This document shows, one piece after another, positions 44,777 through 54,091 of a stretch of DNA of 64,000 nucleotides. The stretch comes from Oscillospiraceae bacterium (GTDB lineage Bacteria; Bacillota; Clostridia; Oscillospirales; Oscillospiraceae), in assembly GCA_902775355.1 (NCBI GenBank), contig CACYLY010000007.1, positions 48-64,047 of the forward strand, written 5' to 3'. Numbering within the stretch: position 1 is the first letter of the stretch; each line of letters opens with the position of its first letter. Position numbers and translations under genes: made by a program. The notes below the pieces were generated by a model. The model was not told where the DNA came from. It did not search any database and saw only the letters and a program-made list of their open reading frames with translations.

Positions 44777-45898
44777 TTAACGGAACATAAAGGCGTCGGG
44801 CAGGCCGCGGGAATAACCGCTCTCGGAGGAGGGGGTATTGACCAGCTCGCCGTTCAGGTACATGACCGTGGAAGAGCCGCCGTCCAGGTTCATGGCGTTC
44901 ACCGCGCCGAACTGGAGCATCACGTCGATGACGTCGTCATAGGTCGCGCCGGCGCTGGAGAGCTGGCGGCCGTTGATGACCAGCATAAGGACCGCGCCGT
45001 CAGCCCGCTGGCCGATGGCGGTGCGGGGGTTCACGCCGCTGGGGATATAGCTGGTATCCTGGGGCACGCCGTTGATGATCAGCGGAGGCGAGAAGGAAAC
45101 GCCGCCCACGATGTCCATATCCAGGCAGTCGGCATAGGTGAAGTAGCCCACGTGGAGGATGCCCTGGGAGTCGAAGCCAGCGAAAGACTCCTGCCCCCAG
45201 CGGGCCGCCTCGATCATCTGCCCGTCGATAATAGTCAGCCCCTCGGGGTACTCGCCAGTGCCGCCGCCCTTCTCGTCCCGGAAAGCGCCGCCGTTGATGC
45301 CGCCGATGGCGCCGGTGCGCTGGGCGATCAGGTTGATGGTCTGGCCGTTGCCGCCCTTGGCCACGAAGCAGCGGGTGGGATCCAGCACGATGAGCATGTA
45401 TCCGTTAAAGCCCCGGCCGCTGACCGGAACCAGGATGTAGCCGTCCCCATCCTCGTCCACCAGACCGTAATTGTCTGTCTTCGGGGTGCTGGGCTGGCTG
45501 GGATCCGCAGTCTCGGACTGGGGATCCTGGGCCGCCACATGGATCAGGGTGGGGTCCATCACCTCATCCATGGTCGCGTCCCTTCTGGCCATGATCTCGT
45601 CGGTCTCCGTCTGGGTCAGGAAGATCCTGGGCACGAAGCGGAAACGGCGGGTCTCCTCCATCGTCATCACCACGGTCTCCCGCGTGTTGGGATATTCTTC
45701 CCGGGTGGCGATGTAGCCCGCGCCCAAGGCGGCGATGCCGACGATCACAGCGGTGAGGAACAGAAAGCCGAACAGCCTGTTCAGCACCAGCATGGTCGTG
45801 TGTTTTACTTTTTTATTCTTCACGAAGATCTGAAACAGGATAAGAAGAATGGCGAAAACGGCGCAGGCCGCCATTGCAAGCATGAGTAACGTCTTCAT
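44777..45898 (-). CDS. phosphodiester glycosidase (NAGPA-like) family protein, membrane anchored
   Basis: IGGINGGAF, PRTAIGQRADGAVLMLVINGR, AMNLDGGSSTVMY motifs. Start MKTLLML at 45898. Confidence 0.7.
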   Translation of the reverse strand: MKTLLMLAMAACAVFAILLILFQIFVKNKKVKHTTMLVLNRLFGFLFLTAVIVGIAALGAGYIATREEYPNTRETVVMTMEETRRFRFVPRIFLTQTETDEIMARRDATMDEVMDPTLIHVAAQDPQSETADPSQPSTPKTDNYGLVDEDGDGYILVPVSGRGFNGYMLIVLDPTRCFVAKGGNGQTINLIAQRTGAIGGINGGAFRDEKGGGTGEYPEGLTIIDGQMIEAARWGQESFAGFDSQGILHVGYFTYADCLDMDIVGGVSFSPPLIINGVPQDTSYIPSGVNPRTAIGQRADGAVLMLVINGRQLSSAGATYDDVIDVMLQFGAVNAMNLDGGSSTVMYLNGELVNTPSSESGYSRGLPDAFMFR

Positions 45899-46133
45899 TG
45901 ATAACAAGATCCCTCCGTATTGTCCTTCAGACAGAGAACTGCTGCGCTGTGCCGGACGGACGTCCCCCGCAGACGCAAAAAGAGTGCTCAATCTCAGTTA
46001 TTTTATCATAGACCTTTTCCCTTGACAAGCTTTTCTTACACATTTTAAAAATTCCCCCGGCCCAGGCCCTCCGCTCCCGGCTCTTCCGACAAAAGAACGT
46101 CTCAGCGCGGCAAAAGGTTTCACCGCCGGCGGA

Positions 46134-46165
46134 GGAAAAGAAAAATCCCCCGAAAGATCGGGGGA
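46134..46165 (-). terminator. intrinsic terminator of ireB
   Basis: Minus strand TCCCCCGA-tctt-TCGGGGGA followed by TTTTTCTTTTCC. Confidence 0.7.
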
Positions 46166-46181
46166 TCGTTCTTGTTGTGCC

Positions 46182-46424
46182 TTACTTCTCCAGATAATTG
46201 CGCAGCAGCTCCTGGAGCACTTCGTCCCGGTCGATCCGGCAGATCAGGGTCCGGGCGTTGTTGTAGTTGGTGATATAAGTCGGATCCTCGGACAGGATAT
46301 ATCCCACCAACTGGTTGATCGGATTATAGCCTTTGACCTTGAGGGATTTATATACGGTCGTTAAAATCTCCCGCATTTCCGCCTTGCTGTCCATCGCGGC
46401 GAATTTTCTGGTGGCGTCCTCCAT
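46182..46424 (-). CDS. ireB: IreB-family regulatory phosphoprotein (UPF0297/YrzL)
   Basis: [31 protein letters not shown] signature; 80 aa. Confidence 0.8.
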   Translation of the reverse strand: MEDATRKFAAMDSKAEMREILTTVYKSLKVKGYNPINQLVGYILSEDPTYITNYNNARTLICRIDRDEVLQELLRNYLEK

Positions 46425-46514
46425 GAAGGTTCCCCCTTTGCCTCTTTTTTCTGGCTATATTATAACATGTTTTTTCGTCAAGTAAAGTCGAAAAAGAGCA
46501 TCTCTTCCATTTTT

Positions 46515-49199
46515 TTACCGGATGACGGCGTTGAATTTCTCCTTCAGCAGCCTCAGCACCCGGCTGACCGTCTCCTCGGCGTGCTCGTCGGTGAGGGTCT
46601 GGTCATCGGCGCGCATGGTCAGGGAGAAGGCCACGGACTTCATGCCCTCGGCGATGTGGTGGCCGGTGTAGACGTCGAAGAGGCTGCAGCCCTTCAGATA
46701 CTGGCCGCCGCCGGCGAGGATGGCCTCGGTCATGTCGCCCACGGGGACAGACGCGTCGCACACCACGGCGATATCCCTCGTAACCGCCGGGAAGCGGGGC
46801 AGGGGTTTGAACACGGGCAGCTCGCCCTTCACCTGCAGCAGCGCCTCGAAGGACAGCTCCGCGCAGTAGAGCTCCGCGTCCACGCCGTAGTTGGCGGCGG
46901 TCTGGGGATGGATCTGGCCCAGGACGCCGATCTCGGTCTCGCCCACGAAGACCCTGGCGCAGCGGCCGGGGTGGTAGGCTTGGTTGCCGCTCTCCCGCAC
47001 GAAGTGGGGCGCGGCCGCTCCCAGGTCCGCCAGCAGGTTCTCCACCCAGCCCTTGAGGACGAAGAAGCTCATCTTGGGTCCGTAGGCGCCCAGGGAGACG
47101 ATCCTGGGCTCGTCCGCCAGGCCGTCGGGCCGCTTGCGGTAGACGCGGCCGATCTCGTAGAGGGCGGCCTCCCGGTTGCGGTAGTTGTAGTTTCTGGTCA
47201 GGATCTCCAGCATGGAGGGCAGGATGGTGGTGCGCATGATGGAGCTGTCCTCGCCCAGGGGGTTCAGGATCTTCAGGCTGTCCCGCCGGGGATCGTCCTT
47301 GGGCATGCGGATCTTGTCATAATAGGCGGGGCTGATGAAGGAATAGGTGATGATCTCGTCCAGGCCCATGCTGCGGCAGACCTCGCCAATGCGCCGCTCC
47401 GTCTGCTGCAGGGGGCTGTAGCCGCCGGCAGTGCTGATGCCGCCGGAGAAGGCGATGGGGATCTCGTTGTAGCCGTAGAAGCGGGCCACTTCCTCCGCAA
47501 TGTCGGAGTAGTGCTCCACGTCGCCGCGCCAGGAAGGAACCAGGATGGTGTCTCCGTCGAAGCCGAAGCCCAGGTCGCTCAGGATCTTCCGCATGGTCCC
47601 CTCGTCGATGGCGGTGCCGAGCAGGGCGTTGATCTTCTCCGGCTCCAGCTTCACCGTGGTCTGGGGCTTCTTGCCGGGGTAGACGTCGATCACGCCCTCC
47701 ACCACCTCGCCGGCGCCCAGCAGCTCCACCAGCTCGCAGGCCCGGTTCACGGCCTTCAGGGTGCCCTCGGCGTCCAGACCCTTCTCGAAACGGGAGGAGG
47801 CGTCTGTGCGCATGCCCAGGGCGGTGGCGGTGCGGCGGACGGAGGGGCCGTTGAAGCAGGCGCTCTCGAAGAGCACCATGGCGGTGTCCCCCACGATCTC
47901 ACTGTTCTCGCCGCCCATGACGCCGGCCACGGCCACGGGCCGCTTCGTATCGCAGATGCAGAGCATGCCGGGGGTCAGGGGCCGGTCGTTGCCGTCCAGG
48001 GTGCGGATGCTCTCCCCTTCCCGGGCCACGCGGACCCGGATCTCCCCGTCCTGCACGCAGCTGAAATCAAAGGCGTGCATGGGCTGGCCGTACTCCAGCA
48101 TCACGTAGTTGGTGATGTCCACCAGGTTGTTGATGGGGCGCATGCCCGCGTTGCGGATCCGCTCCCGCATCCATTCCGGCGAGGGAGCGATCTTCACGTT
48201 CTTCACCATCCGGGCGGTGTAGCGGGGGCAGAGCACCGGATCCTCGATGACGATCTTCGCCAGATCGGCAATATTGCCGCCGGCCCTGGCCTGCACCGCC
48301 GGCTCGTGGAGCTTGAGCTCCTTGCCGAAGGTGACGGCCACTTCCCTTGCCAGGCCGATCATGCACAGGCAGTCCGGCCGGTTGGGGGTGATCTCGTACT
48401 CCACCACATGGTCGTCCCGGCCCAGGAGCTTCGCCATGTCGTCGCCGGGCCTGCAGTCCTCATGGAGGATCAGGATGCCGTCCTCGATGCAGTTGGGAAA
48501 CTCCCTCTGCTCGGCGTGGAGATCCGCCAGGGTGCAGATGGCGTCCTTTTCGGTGTTGTAGGCCACCAGGTCGCCCGCGTGGACGTTCTGGCAGGCTGTG
48601 ACGGTCTCGGCCCCGGTGGCCAGGCTGCACTTCCACAGGTTCACGCCGGCGTTCTCCACCGCGGTGACCTCCGCCGCCACGACCTTGCCGAAGATCCGAT
48701 CCCCGCTCTTGATGTCCGGGGAGACGGAGGGCTTGGCCGGGTCGATGGGGTGGTAGTTGTTCAGCAGGGCCGCGGCCCGGATCTGCCCGTAGGGGAAGTC
48801 ATGGACGTCGGTGGCCAGCTCTTTCAGCGAGCAGAGCATGCCGAAGGACTCCACGCCCCGGAGCTTGCCCTTCTCGATCTTCACCCCGTTGGGGAGCAGG
48901 GACTTGTGCAGCGCCACGGGCACCAGGTCCCCCACGTGGACGTTCCAGGCGCCGGTGACGATCTGAACGGGAGCTTCCTCGCCCACGTCGATCCGGGTCA
49001 CCAGCATGTGGTCGGAATTGGGGTGCTTCTCCAGAGACAGGATGCGCCCCACCTTTACGTTATGGATAGTCTGGCTCAGATCCTCGGTGACCTCCACCTT
49101 GGAACCGGAGACGCTCATGGCCTCGGCAAAGGCCTTGTCCCCTACCTCCTCCAGAGGCAGATCCACAAACTCATTGAGCCATTTTCTCGGCATTTTCAT
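46515..49199 (-). CDS. pheT: phenylalanyl-tRNA synthetase beta subunit, unusually long (894 aa)
   Basis: MKMPRKWLNEF N-terminus, tRNA-binding OB fold, B3/4, B5 and FDX-ACB domains. Extra ~110 aa after the OB fold. Confidence 0.9.
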   Translation of the reverse strand: MKMPRKWLNEFVDLPLEEVGDKAFAEAMSVSGSKVEVTEDLSQTIHNVKVGRILSLEKHPNSDHMLVTRIDVGEEAPVQIVTGAWNVHVGDLVPVALHKSLLPNGVKIEKGKLRGVESFGMLCSLKELATDVHDFPYGQIRAAALLNNYHPIDPAKPSVSPDIKSGDRIFGKVVAAEVTAVENAGVNLWKCSLATGAETVTACQNVHAGDLVAYNTEKDAICTLADLHAEQREFPNCIEDGILILHEDCRPGDDMAKLLGRDDHVVEYEITPNRPDCLCMIGLAREVAVTFGKELKLHEPAVQARAGGNIADLAKIVIEDPVLCPRYTARMVKNVKIAPSPEWMRERIRNAGMRPINNLVDITNYVMLEYGQPMHAFDFSCVQDGEIRVRVAREGESIRTLDGNDRPLTPGMLCICDTKRPVAVAGVMGGENSEIVGDTAMVLFESACFNGPSVRRTATALGMRTDASSRFEKGLDAEGTLKAVNRACELVELLGAGEVVEGVIDVYPGKKPQTTVKLEPEKINALLGTAIDEGTMRKILSDLGFGFDGDTILVPSWRGDVEHYSDIAEEVARFYGYNEIPIAFSGGISTAGGYSPLQQTERRIGEVCRSMGLDEIITYSFISPAYYDKIRMPKDDPRRDSLKILNPLGEDSSIMRTTILPSMLEILTRNYNYRNREAALYEIGRVYRKRPDGLADEPRIVSLGAYGPKMSFFVLKGWVENLLADLGAAAPHFVRESGNQAYHPGRCARVFVGETEIGVLGQIHPQTAANYGVDAELYCAELSFEALLQVKGELPVFKPLPRFPAVTRDIAVVCDASVPVGDMTEAILAGGGQYLKGCSLFDVYTGHHIAEGMKSVAFSLTMRADDQTLTDEHAEETVSRVLRLLKEKFNAVIR

Positions 49200-49234
49200 A
49201 TCAATAAATCCTCCTTTTTGGCTTCCTCGTCTTG

Positions 49235-49265
49235 CGGGGGAGCTGTCGCGAAGCGACTGAGGGGG
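49235..49265 (+). repeat. GC-rich structured repeat unit, copy A (GGGGAGCT-hairpin-TGAGGGG)
   Basis: GGGGGAGCTGTCGCGAAGCGACTGAGGGGG. Further hairpins lie at 49283-49318. Confidence 0.7.
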
Positions 49266-49322
49266 CTGCAGAAGTCCCCCTATCGCCCCTGACGGGGCAC
49301 TTCCCCCCTTGGGGGAAGCAAG

Positions 49323-50244
<922 letters not shown>

Positions 50245-50277
50245 TTCTATCTCCTTTCCTTATAGGCTCCCCCGAAA

Positions 50278-50309
50278 GGGGAGCTGTCCGGCGAAGCCGG
50301 ACTGAGGGG
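50278..50309 (+). repeat. GC-rich structured repeat unit, copy B
   Basis: GGGGAGCTGTCCGGCGAAGCCGGACTGAGGGG, flanked by the direct repeats GGAGCCTATAAGGAAAGGA / GGAGGCTATAAGGAAGGA (minus strand). Confidence 0.7.
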
Positions 50310-50358
50310 TATTCCTTCCTTATAGCCTCCCCTTACACAGGGGTGCTTAAGCGGAAAA

Positions 50359-50590
50359 ACAAAAAAATAAAGCCTCCGTCCCGCACTGGGACGAAAGCCG
50401 ACGCTTCCGTGGTACCACCCACATTCGATTCCGCAGAATCGCACTCTCGGTGCCGTAACGCGCACCACACGCCGGGGATTGGCCGGAGCTCCCGGGCGAA
50501 CCAAGCGCGGATGACGTTGAGGGTTCACAGCCGCCGACCCTCATTCTCTGTCCGTCACGGAAAGCGCTATTTTCCCGATCACAGCAGGCA
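50359..50590 (-). promoter_or_regulatory. T-box riboswitch leader, phenylalanine specifier UUC
   Basis: Minus strand: AGAGA box. Specifier loop UUGG-UUC-G (codon at 50500-50498). T-box GGGTGGTACCACGG (50420-50407). Terminator stem 50400-50371 + TTATTTTTTT. Confidence 0.8.
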
Positions 50591-50673
50591 TAGACTATCA
50601 CAGTTCGCACAATTTTTCAAGAGGATTTTTGTACTTTTTGCCTGATTCACCCTGCGGAATCCGAAAGAATCGA

Positions 50674-50702
50674 TTGACGGGGCAATCGGCAGGCATTATA
50701 AT
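50674..50702 (+). promoter_or_regulatory. sigma-A type promoter of the lipoprotein-alr unit
   Basis: TTGACG (50674-50679), 17-nt spacer, TATAAT (50697-50702). Confidence 0.55.
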
Positions 50703-50750
50703 GTTCCCATGCGCATAGGCATAGGGTACTACGATCACTCGGAGGTACCC

Positions 50751-51299
50751 ATGAAAAAGCGCCTTGTCCTGCTCCCCCTGCTGTTCTGCCTGCTGCTCAG
50801 CGCCTGCGGCAACGCCGCGCTGGACCGCTTCCAGGCCTTCTCCGCCCGGCTGAATCAAAGCGAGGCTCTGACTTTCACGGCGGAGCTCACCGCCTCTTAT
50901 CCGGACCGTCAGGCCCGATTCACCCTGCGCTACTCCCTGGAGGACGGGGTGCAGCGGGTCACGATTCTGGCGCCGGACAGCATTTCCGGCATTTCCGCCC
51001 GGCTGGAGGCGGGAAAAAGCACCCTGGAGTACGACGGTCTGATCCTGGACACCGGGGATCTGGACGCCTTTGGGCTCACGCCCATGTCCGCCCTCCCCCT
51101 GCTGACGGACGCCCTGAAGCGGGGCCACGCGGACGCGTTCTGGACGGAAGAGGGCATGGACGGCGTGGAGCTCCTGTATGACGACGCGGTCCGGGCCCGG
51201 GTCTGGTTTGATGCCGAGGGTCTCCCCTGCCGGTGTGAGATCCAGTGCGGCGAGACCGTGCCCGTAAGCTGCGAGATCAAAAACTGGCAAATGCACTGA
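50751..51299 (+). CDS. lipoprotein of unknown function
   Basis: GGAGG RBS. Signal peptide with lipobox MKKRLVLLPLLFCLLLSAC. Confidence 0.7.
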   Translation: MKKRLVLLPLLFCLLLSACGNAALDRFQAFSARLNQSEALTFTAELTASYPDRQARFTLRYSLEDGVQRVTILAPDSISGISARLEAGKSTLEYDGLILDTGDLDAFGLTPMSALPLLTDALKRGHADAFWTEEGMDGVELLYDDAVRARVWFDAEGLPCRCEIQCGETVPVSCEIKNWQMH

Positions 51300-51319
51300 T
51301 TCTTAGAGGATAAAAAGAG

Positions 51320-52447
51320 ATGAACGATTTACAGAAGAGGACCTGGGCGGAGATCTCCCTGCCCAACATCCGCCATAATTACGAGGCCATCCGCGCCGCG
51401 CTGCCGACCGGCTGCCGCTTTCTGGGCGTGGTGAAGGCCGACGCCTACGGCCACGGCGCCCTGCCCGTCTCCCGCCTGCTGCAGGAGGCGGGGGCGGAGT
51501 ATCTGGCCGTCTCCTGCCTGGACGAGGCTCTGGAGCTGCGCCGGGGCGGCATCACCATGCCGGTGCTGATCCTGGGCCACACCCCGCCGGAATATACGGG
51601 CATGCTCATCGACCAGGGCTTTACCCAGACCGTCAGCGCCCTGGCCAAGGCTCGGGAGTATTCCGCCGCGGCTCAGGCCCTGGGGAAGACGCTGCGGGTC
51701 CATATCAAGCTGGACACGGGCATGTCCCGCCTTGGCTTCCTCTGCGCCGGGGACTACTTTGACCTGGGCGTGGGGAACGTCATCGCCTCCTGTCAGCTGC
51801 CGAATCTGGAGCCGGAGGGGATCTACACTCACTTCGCCGTGTCGGACGAGCCGGGAGCGGACAACGAGGCCTATACCCGGGAGCAGTTTCGACTGTTTAT
51901 GGCGGTGATCGAGGCGGTGGAGAGCCGCTGCGGCTTTCGCTTCGCCATCCGCCACTGCGCCAACTCCGGCGCCGTGGTCCACTATCCGGAGATGGCCCTG
52001 GACATGGTGCGCCCCGGTCTGCTGCTCTACGGCTACGGGGACGACACGGGCCGCCTGGGCCTGAAGCCCTGCATGCGCCTGGTCACCACGGTCAGCACCA
52101 TCAAGCACTACGAGGCCGGCACCAGCGTGAGCTACGGCAGGCACTTCGTGACGGAGCGGCACACCCGCATGGGTGTCCTGGCCATCGGCTACGCGGACGG
52201 GCTGCCCCGGATCCTCTCCAACAAATGCAGCTTCGCCGTGGCCGGGGGCTTCGCTCCCCAGCGGGGCAACATCTGCATGGACATGTGCATGGCGGACCTG
52301 ACGGATCTGCCGGAGGCCCATGTGGGCAGCGAGGCGGAGATTTTCGGCGAGCGCAACGACCTGGACGCTCTGGCCGCCGCCGCCGGCACCATCTCCTACG
52401 AGCTGCTCTGCGCGGTGTCCAAGCGAGTGCCGAGAGTGTATGCGTGA
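51320..52447 (+). CDS. alr: alanine racemase
   Basis: GVVKADAYGHG PLP-lysine motif; 375 aa full-length pattern. Confidence 0.9.
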   Translation: MNDLQKRTWAEISLPNIRHNYEAIRAALPTGCRFLGVVKADAYGHGALPVSRLLQEAGAEYLAVSCLDEALELRRGGITMPVLILGHTPPEYTGMLIDQGFTQTVSALAKAREYSAAAQALGKTLRVHIKLDTGMSRLGFLCAGDYFDLGVGNVIASCQLPNLEPEGIYTHFAVSDEPGADNEAYTREQFRLFMAVIEAVESRCGFRFAIRHCANSGAVVHYPEMALDMVRPGLLLYGYGDDTGRLGLKPCMRLVTTVSTIKHYEAGTSVSYGRHFVTERHTRMGVLAIGYADGLPRILSNKCSFAVAGGFAPQRGNICMDMCMADLTDLPEAHVGSEAEIFGERNDLDALAAAAGTISYELLCAVSKRVPRVYA

Positions 52448-52448
52448 T

Positions 52449-52475
52449 GTAGGAGCCGACGCCCTCGGCGGCCCG
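52449..52475 (+). repeat. 27-bp inverted repeat, left copy (GTAG-headed hairpin element)
   Basis: GTAGGAGCCGACGCCCTCGGCGGCCCG. Its reverse complement matches 53351-53377 at 26/27 positions. Confidence 0.85.
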
Positions 52476-52503
52476 TGCACGAGCTGTTCCAACAATCAAA
52501 AAC

Positions 52504-52541
52504 GTGAGGCGAATTCGTACACAGGTACGGATTCGCCTCAC
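52504..52541. terminator. strong hairpin, likely bidirectional terminator (alr / 212-aa gene)
   Basis: GTGAGGCGAAT...ATTCGCCTCAC 11-bp stem. GTTTTTG follows on the minus strand. Confidence 0.55.
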
Positions 52542-52570
52542 TTGATTCTATGAGATCTGTTATTTTGCGC

Positions 52571-52594
52571 GGGCGATTCGTGAATCGCCCCTAC
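52571..52594 (-). repeat. GTAG-headed hairpin element
   Basis: Minus strand GTAG-GGGCGATTC-ac-GAATCGCCC. Confidence 0.7.
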
Positions 52595-52622
52595 GTTGAT
52601 ACTGACGGCATTCCCTGCCTTC

Positions 52623-53261
52623 TCACCCGCCGAAATCCTCATCCCACCAGAAGAAGCCATCGACCAGCTTTCCCTTTTTGTCGTACAGTCTGCCGTTTTC
52701 GGAGTAAAAGTCCCGATTGGCGGGATCGCAGTTGACGTATACCCGGACCACATGGACTTCTCCCCTGTCGCTTCCTTTTTCTACATATAGGCCGTCCTGA
52801 CGGGCGTAGATCTCCTTGATATTGGCGCCCAGGTTCAAAGTAACATCATAATAGATGAGGTCCACCTTTTTCCCGTTGACTTTTCCGAAGGTCCCGTAGG
52901 ACGGGGATACCCCCATCGTAGAGTGGATGCCCTTCACTTCTATGTCAAACGGGCATGGCGCGCCCTTGCCCACATAGCCGCCCAGTTCTACCACCGGGTA
53001 GTCACCATACGCTTCCGGGATGACGATCAAAGAACTGCCGGACGCCGGATCATACGTAACAGAGCTCACGCCTGCTTTCTTTTTCCCGTCTCGAAGCAAA
53101 TAAACGAAACCGTCGTCAGCATCTTCCCACTTCTGATAATTGTGAGATGTGGCATAGAACATGCCGAAATAGAACATCCCCCACCATAGGATCGGCAGCA
53201 TCACGATACAGATCAGAAGGATCAGGCCAAGCGTTTTCAGGGTTTTCCCCAACGTTTTCAT
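52623..53261 (-). CDS. hypothetical 212-aa membrane-anchored protein, low-GC (possibly BspA-type LRR-like)
   Basis: N-terminal TM segment. LIVIPEAYGDYPVVELGGY and FYSENGRLYDKKGKLV are reminiscent of LRR_5-type surface proteins. Hand counts of two 60-nt lines give 47% and 43% GC. Confidence 0.55.
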   Translation of the reverse strand: MKTLGKTLKTLGLILLICIVMLPILWWGMFYFGMFYATSHNYQKWEDADDGFVYLLRDGKKKAGVSSVTYDPASGSSLIVIPEAYGDYPVVELGGYVGKGAPCPFDIEVKGIHSTMGVSPSYGTFGKVNGKKVDLIYYDVTLNLGANIKEIYARQDGLYVEKGSDRGEVHVVRVYVNCDPANRDFYSENGRLYDKKGKLVDGFFWWDEDFGG

Positions 53262-53350
53262 CGCTATCCCCTCCTCTCTGCCTGTTTAACGGATGAGAAG
53301 GCCAAAAGGTTTCAGAGAAAATGTGAGACATGGATCTTTTCTTTTCATCT

Positions 53351-53377
53351 CGGGCCGCCGAGGGCGTCGGCCCCTAC
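53351..53377 (-). repeat. 27-bp inverted repeat, right copy
   Basis: Plus strand CGGGCCGCCGAGGGCGTCGGCCCCTAC, which reads GTAGGGGCCGACGCCCTCGGCGGCCCG on the minus strand. Confidence 0.85.
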
Positions 53378-53380
53378 AAA

Positions 53381-53938
53381 TCACTCCTCCACCACCCAGG
53401 GGAGCTCCACAAAGGTGGGCTCGTGCTCCAGGGCGGGGAGGATCCTGTCGAAAAGATCCGCCGTCCGAAAGCGCAGGCTGGAGGTGTTGATGCAGGGGTG
53501 GCAGCCGAAGTTTTCTTCCTGCAGCAAATCCCGGTCCACCAGGAGGCGGACCTTTTTCTCCCTGTCGTTCATCAGGCCCAGAACGCTGACGGAGCCGGGG
53601 GTAATGTCCAGATACCGCTCCATATGCTCCGGCCCCGCAAAGCTCAGCCGGGCGGAGCCGATCTGCTTGGAAAGGAGCTTGGTCTTGAAGGGCTTCTCTC
53701 CGGGCATGATGAGCAGATAGAAATCCGTCTGCTGGCGGTTCGTCAAAAACAGGTTCTTGCAGATCTTACAGCCCAGCAGACCCTCCACCAGCTCGCAGTC
53801 CGGAATGGTGTCGGCGTGCTCGTGGTCCACCCGGAAGTATTCGACGCCCAGGCGGTCCAGAAAATCATAGCAGCGCTTCTCCTTGAGGATGCGCTCCCCT
53901 TCCGGGCGTCCCCGGTACAGATGTTCGTCAATATTCAT
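53381..53938 (-). CDS. prolyl-tRNA-synthetase-associated (YbaK/ProX-type) domain protein
   Basis: CKNLFLTNRQQTDFYLLIMPGEKPFKTKLLSKQIG...ITPGSVSVLGLMND pattern; start MNIDEH at 53938. Confidence 0.65.
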   Translation of the reverse strand: MNIDEHLYRGRPEGERILKEKRCYDFLDRLGVEYFRVDHEHADTIPDCELVEGLLGCKICKNLFLTNRQQTDFYLLIMPGEKPFKTKLLSKQIGSARLSFAGPEHMERYLDITPGSVSVLGLMNDREKKVRLLVDRDLLQEENFGCHPCINTSSLRFRTADLFDRILPALEHEPTFVELPWVVEE

Positions 53939-53957
53939 CGCATTTCCTATCATCGGC

Positions 53958-53981
53958 GGGAGGGGCAAGCCCCTCCCCTAC
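53958..53981 (-). repeat. GTAG-headed hairpin element
   Basis: Minus strand GTAG-GGGAGGGGC-tt-GCCCCTCCC. Confidence 0.7.
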
Positions 53982-53986
53982 TGTTC

Positions 53987-54091
53987 ATCTCTTGTTGGCC
54001 GCCCGTAGCGCCGAGCATTGCTCGGCGACGTCCCCGGCTGTTCGCCGGGCAATGCCCGGCGCTGCGGGGGGAGGTTTTTATCTCTTGTTGG
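53987..54091. repeat. 81-bp hairpin-rich insert bracketed by 12-bp direct repeats ATCTCTTGTTGG
   Basis: Direct-repeat copies at 53987-53998 and 54080-54091. The second copy is the last codons plus stop of the CoA-transferase gene. The insert carries GTAG (54005-54008) + CGCCGAGC-attg-CTCGGCG and CCCGGC-tgttc-GCCGGG. Confidence 0.7.

Noticed and set aside
46467-49292. 941-aa plus-strand ORF opposite pheT
   Set aside because: It is an antisense shadow ORF with G/A/V/H/D-rich low-complexity translation. pheT on the minus strand is full length with conserved domains.
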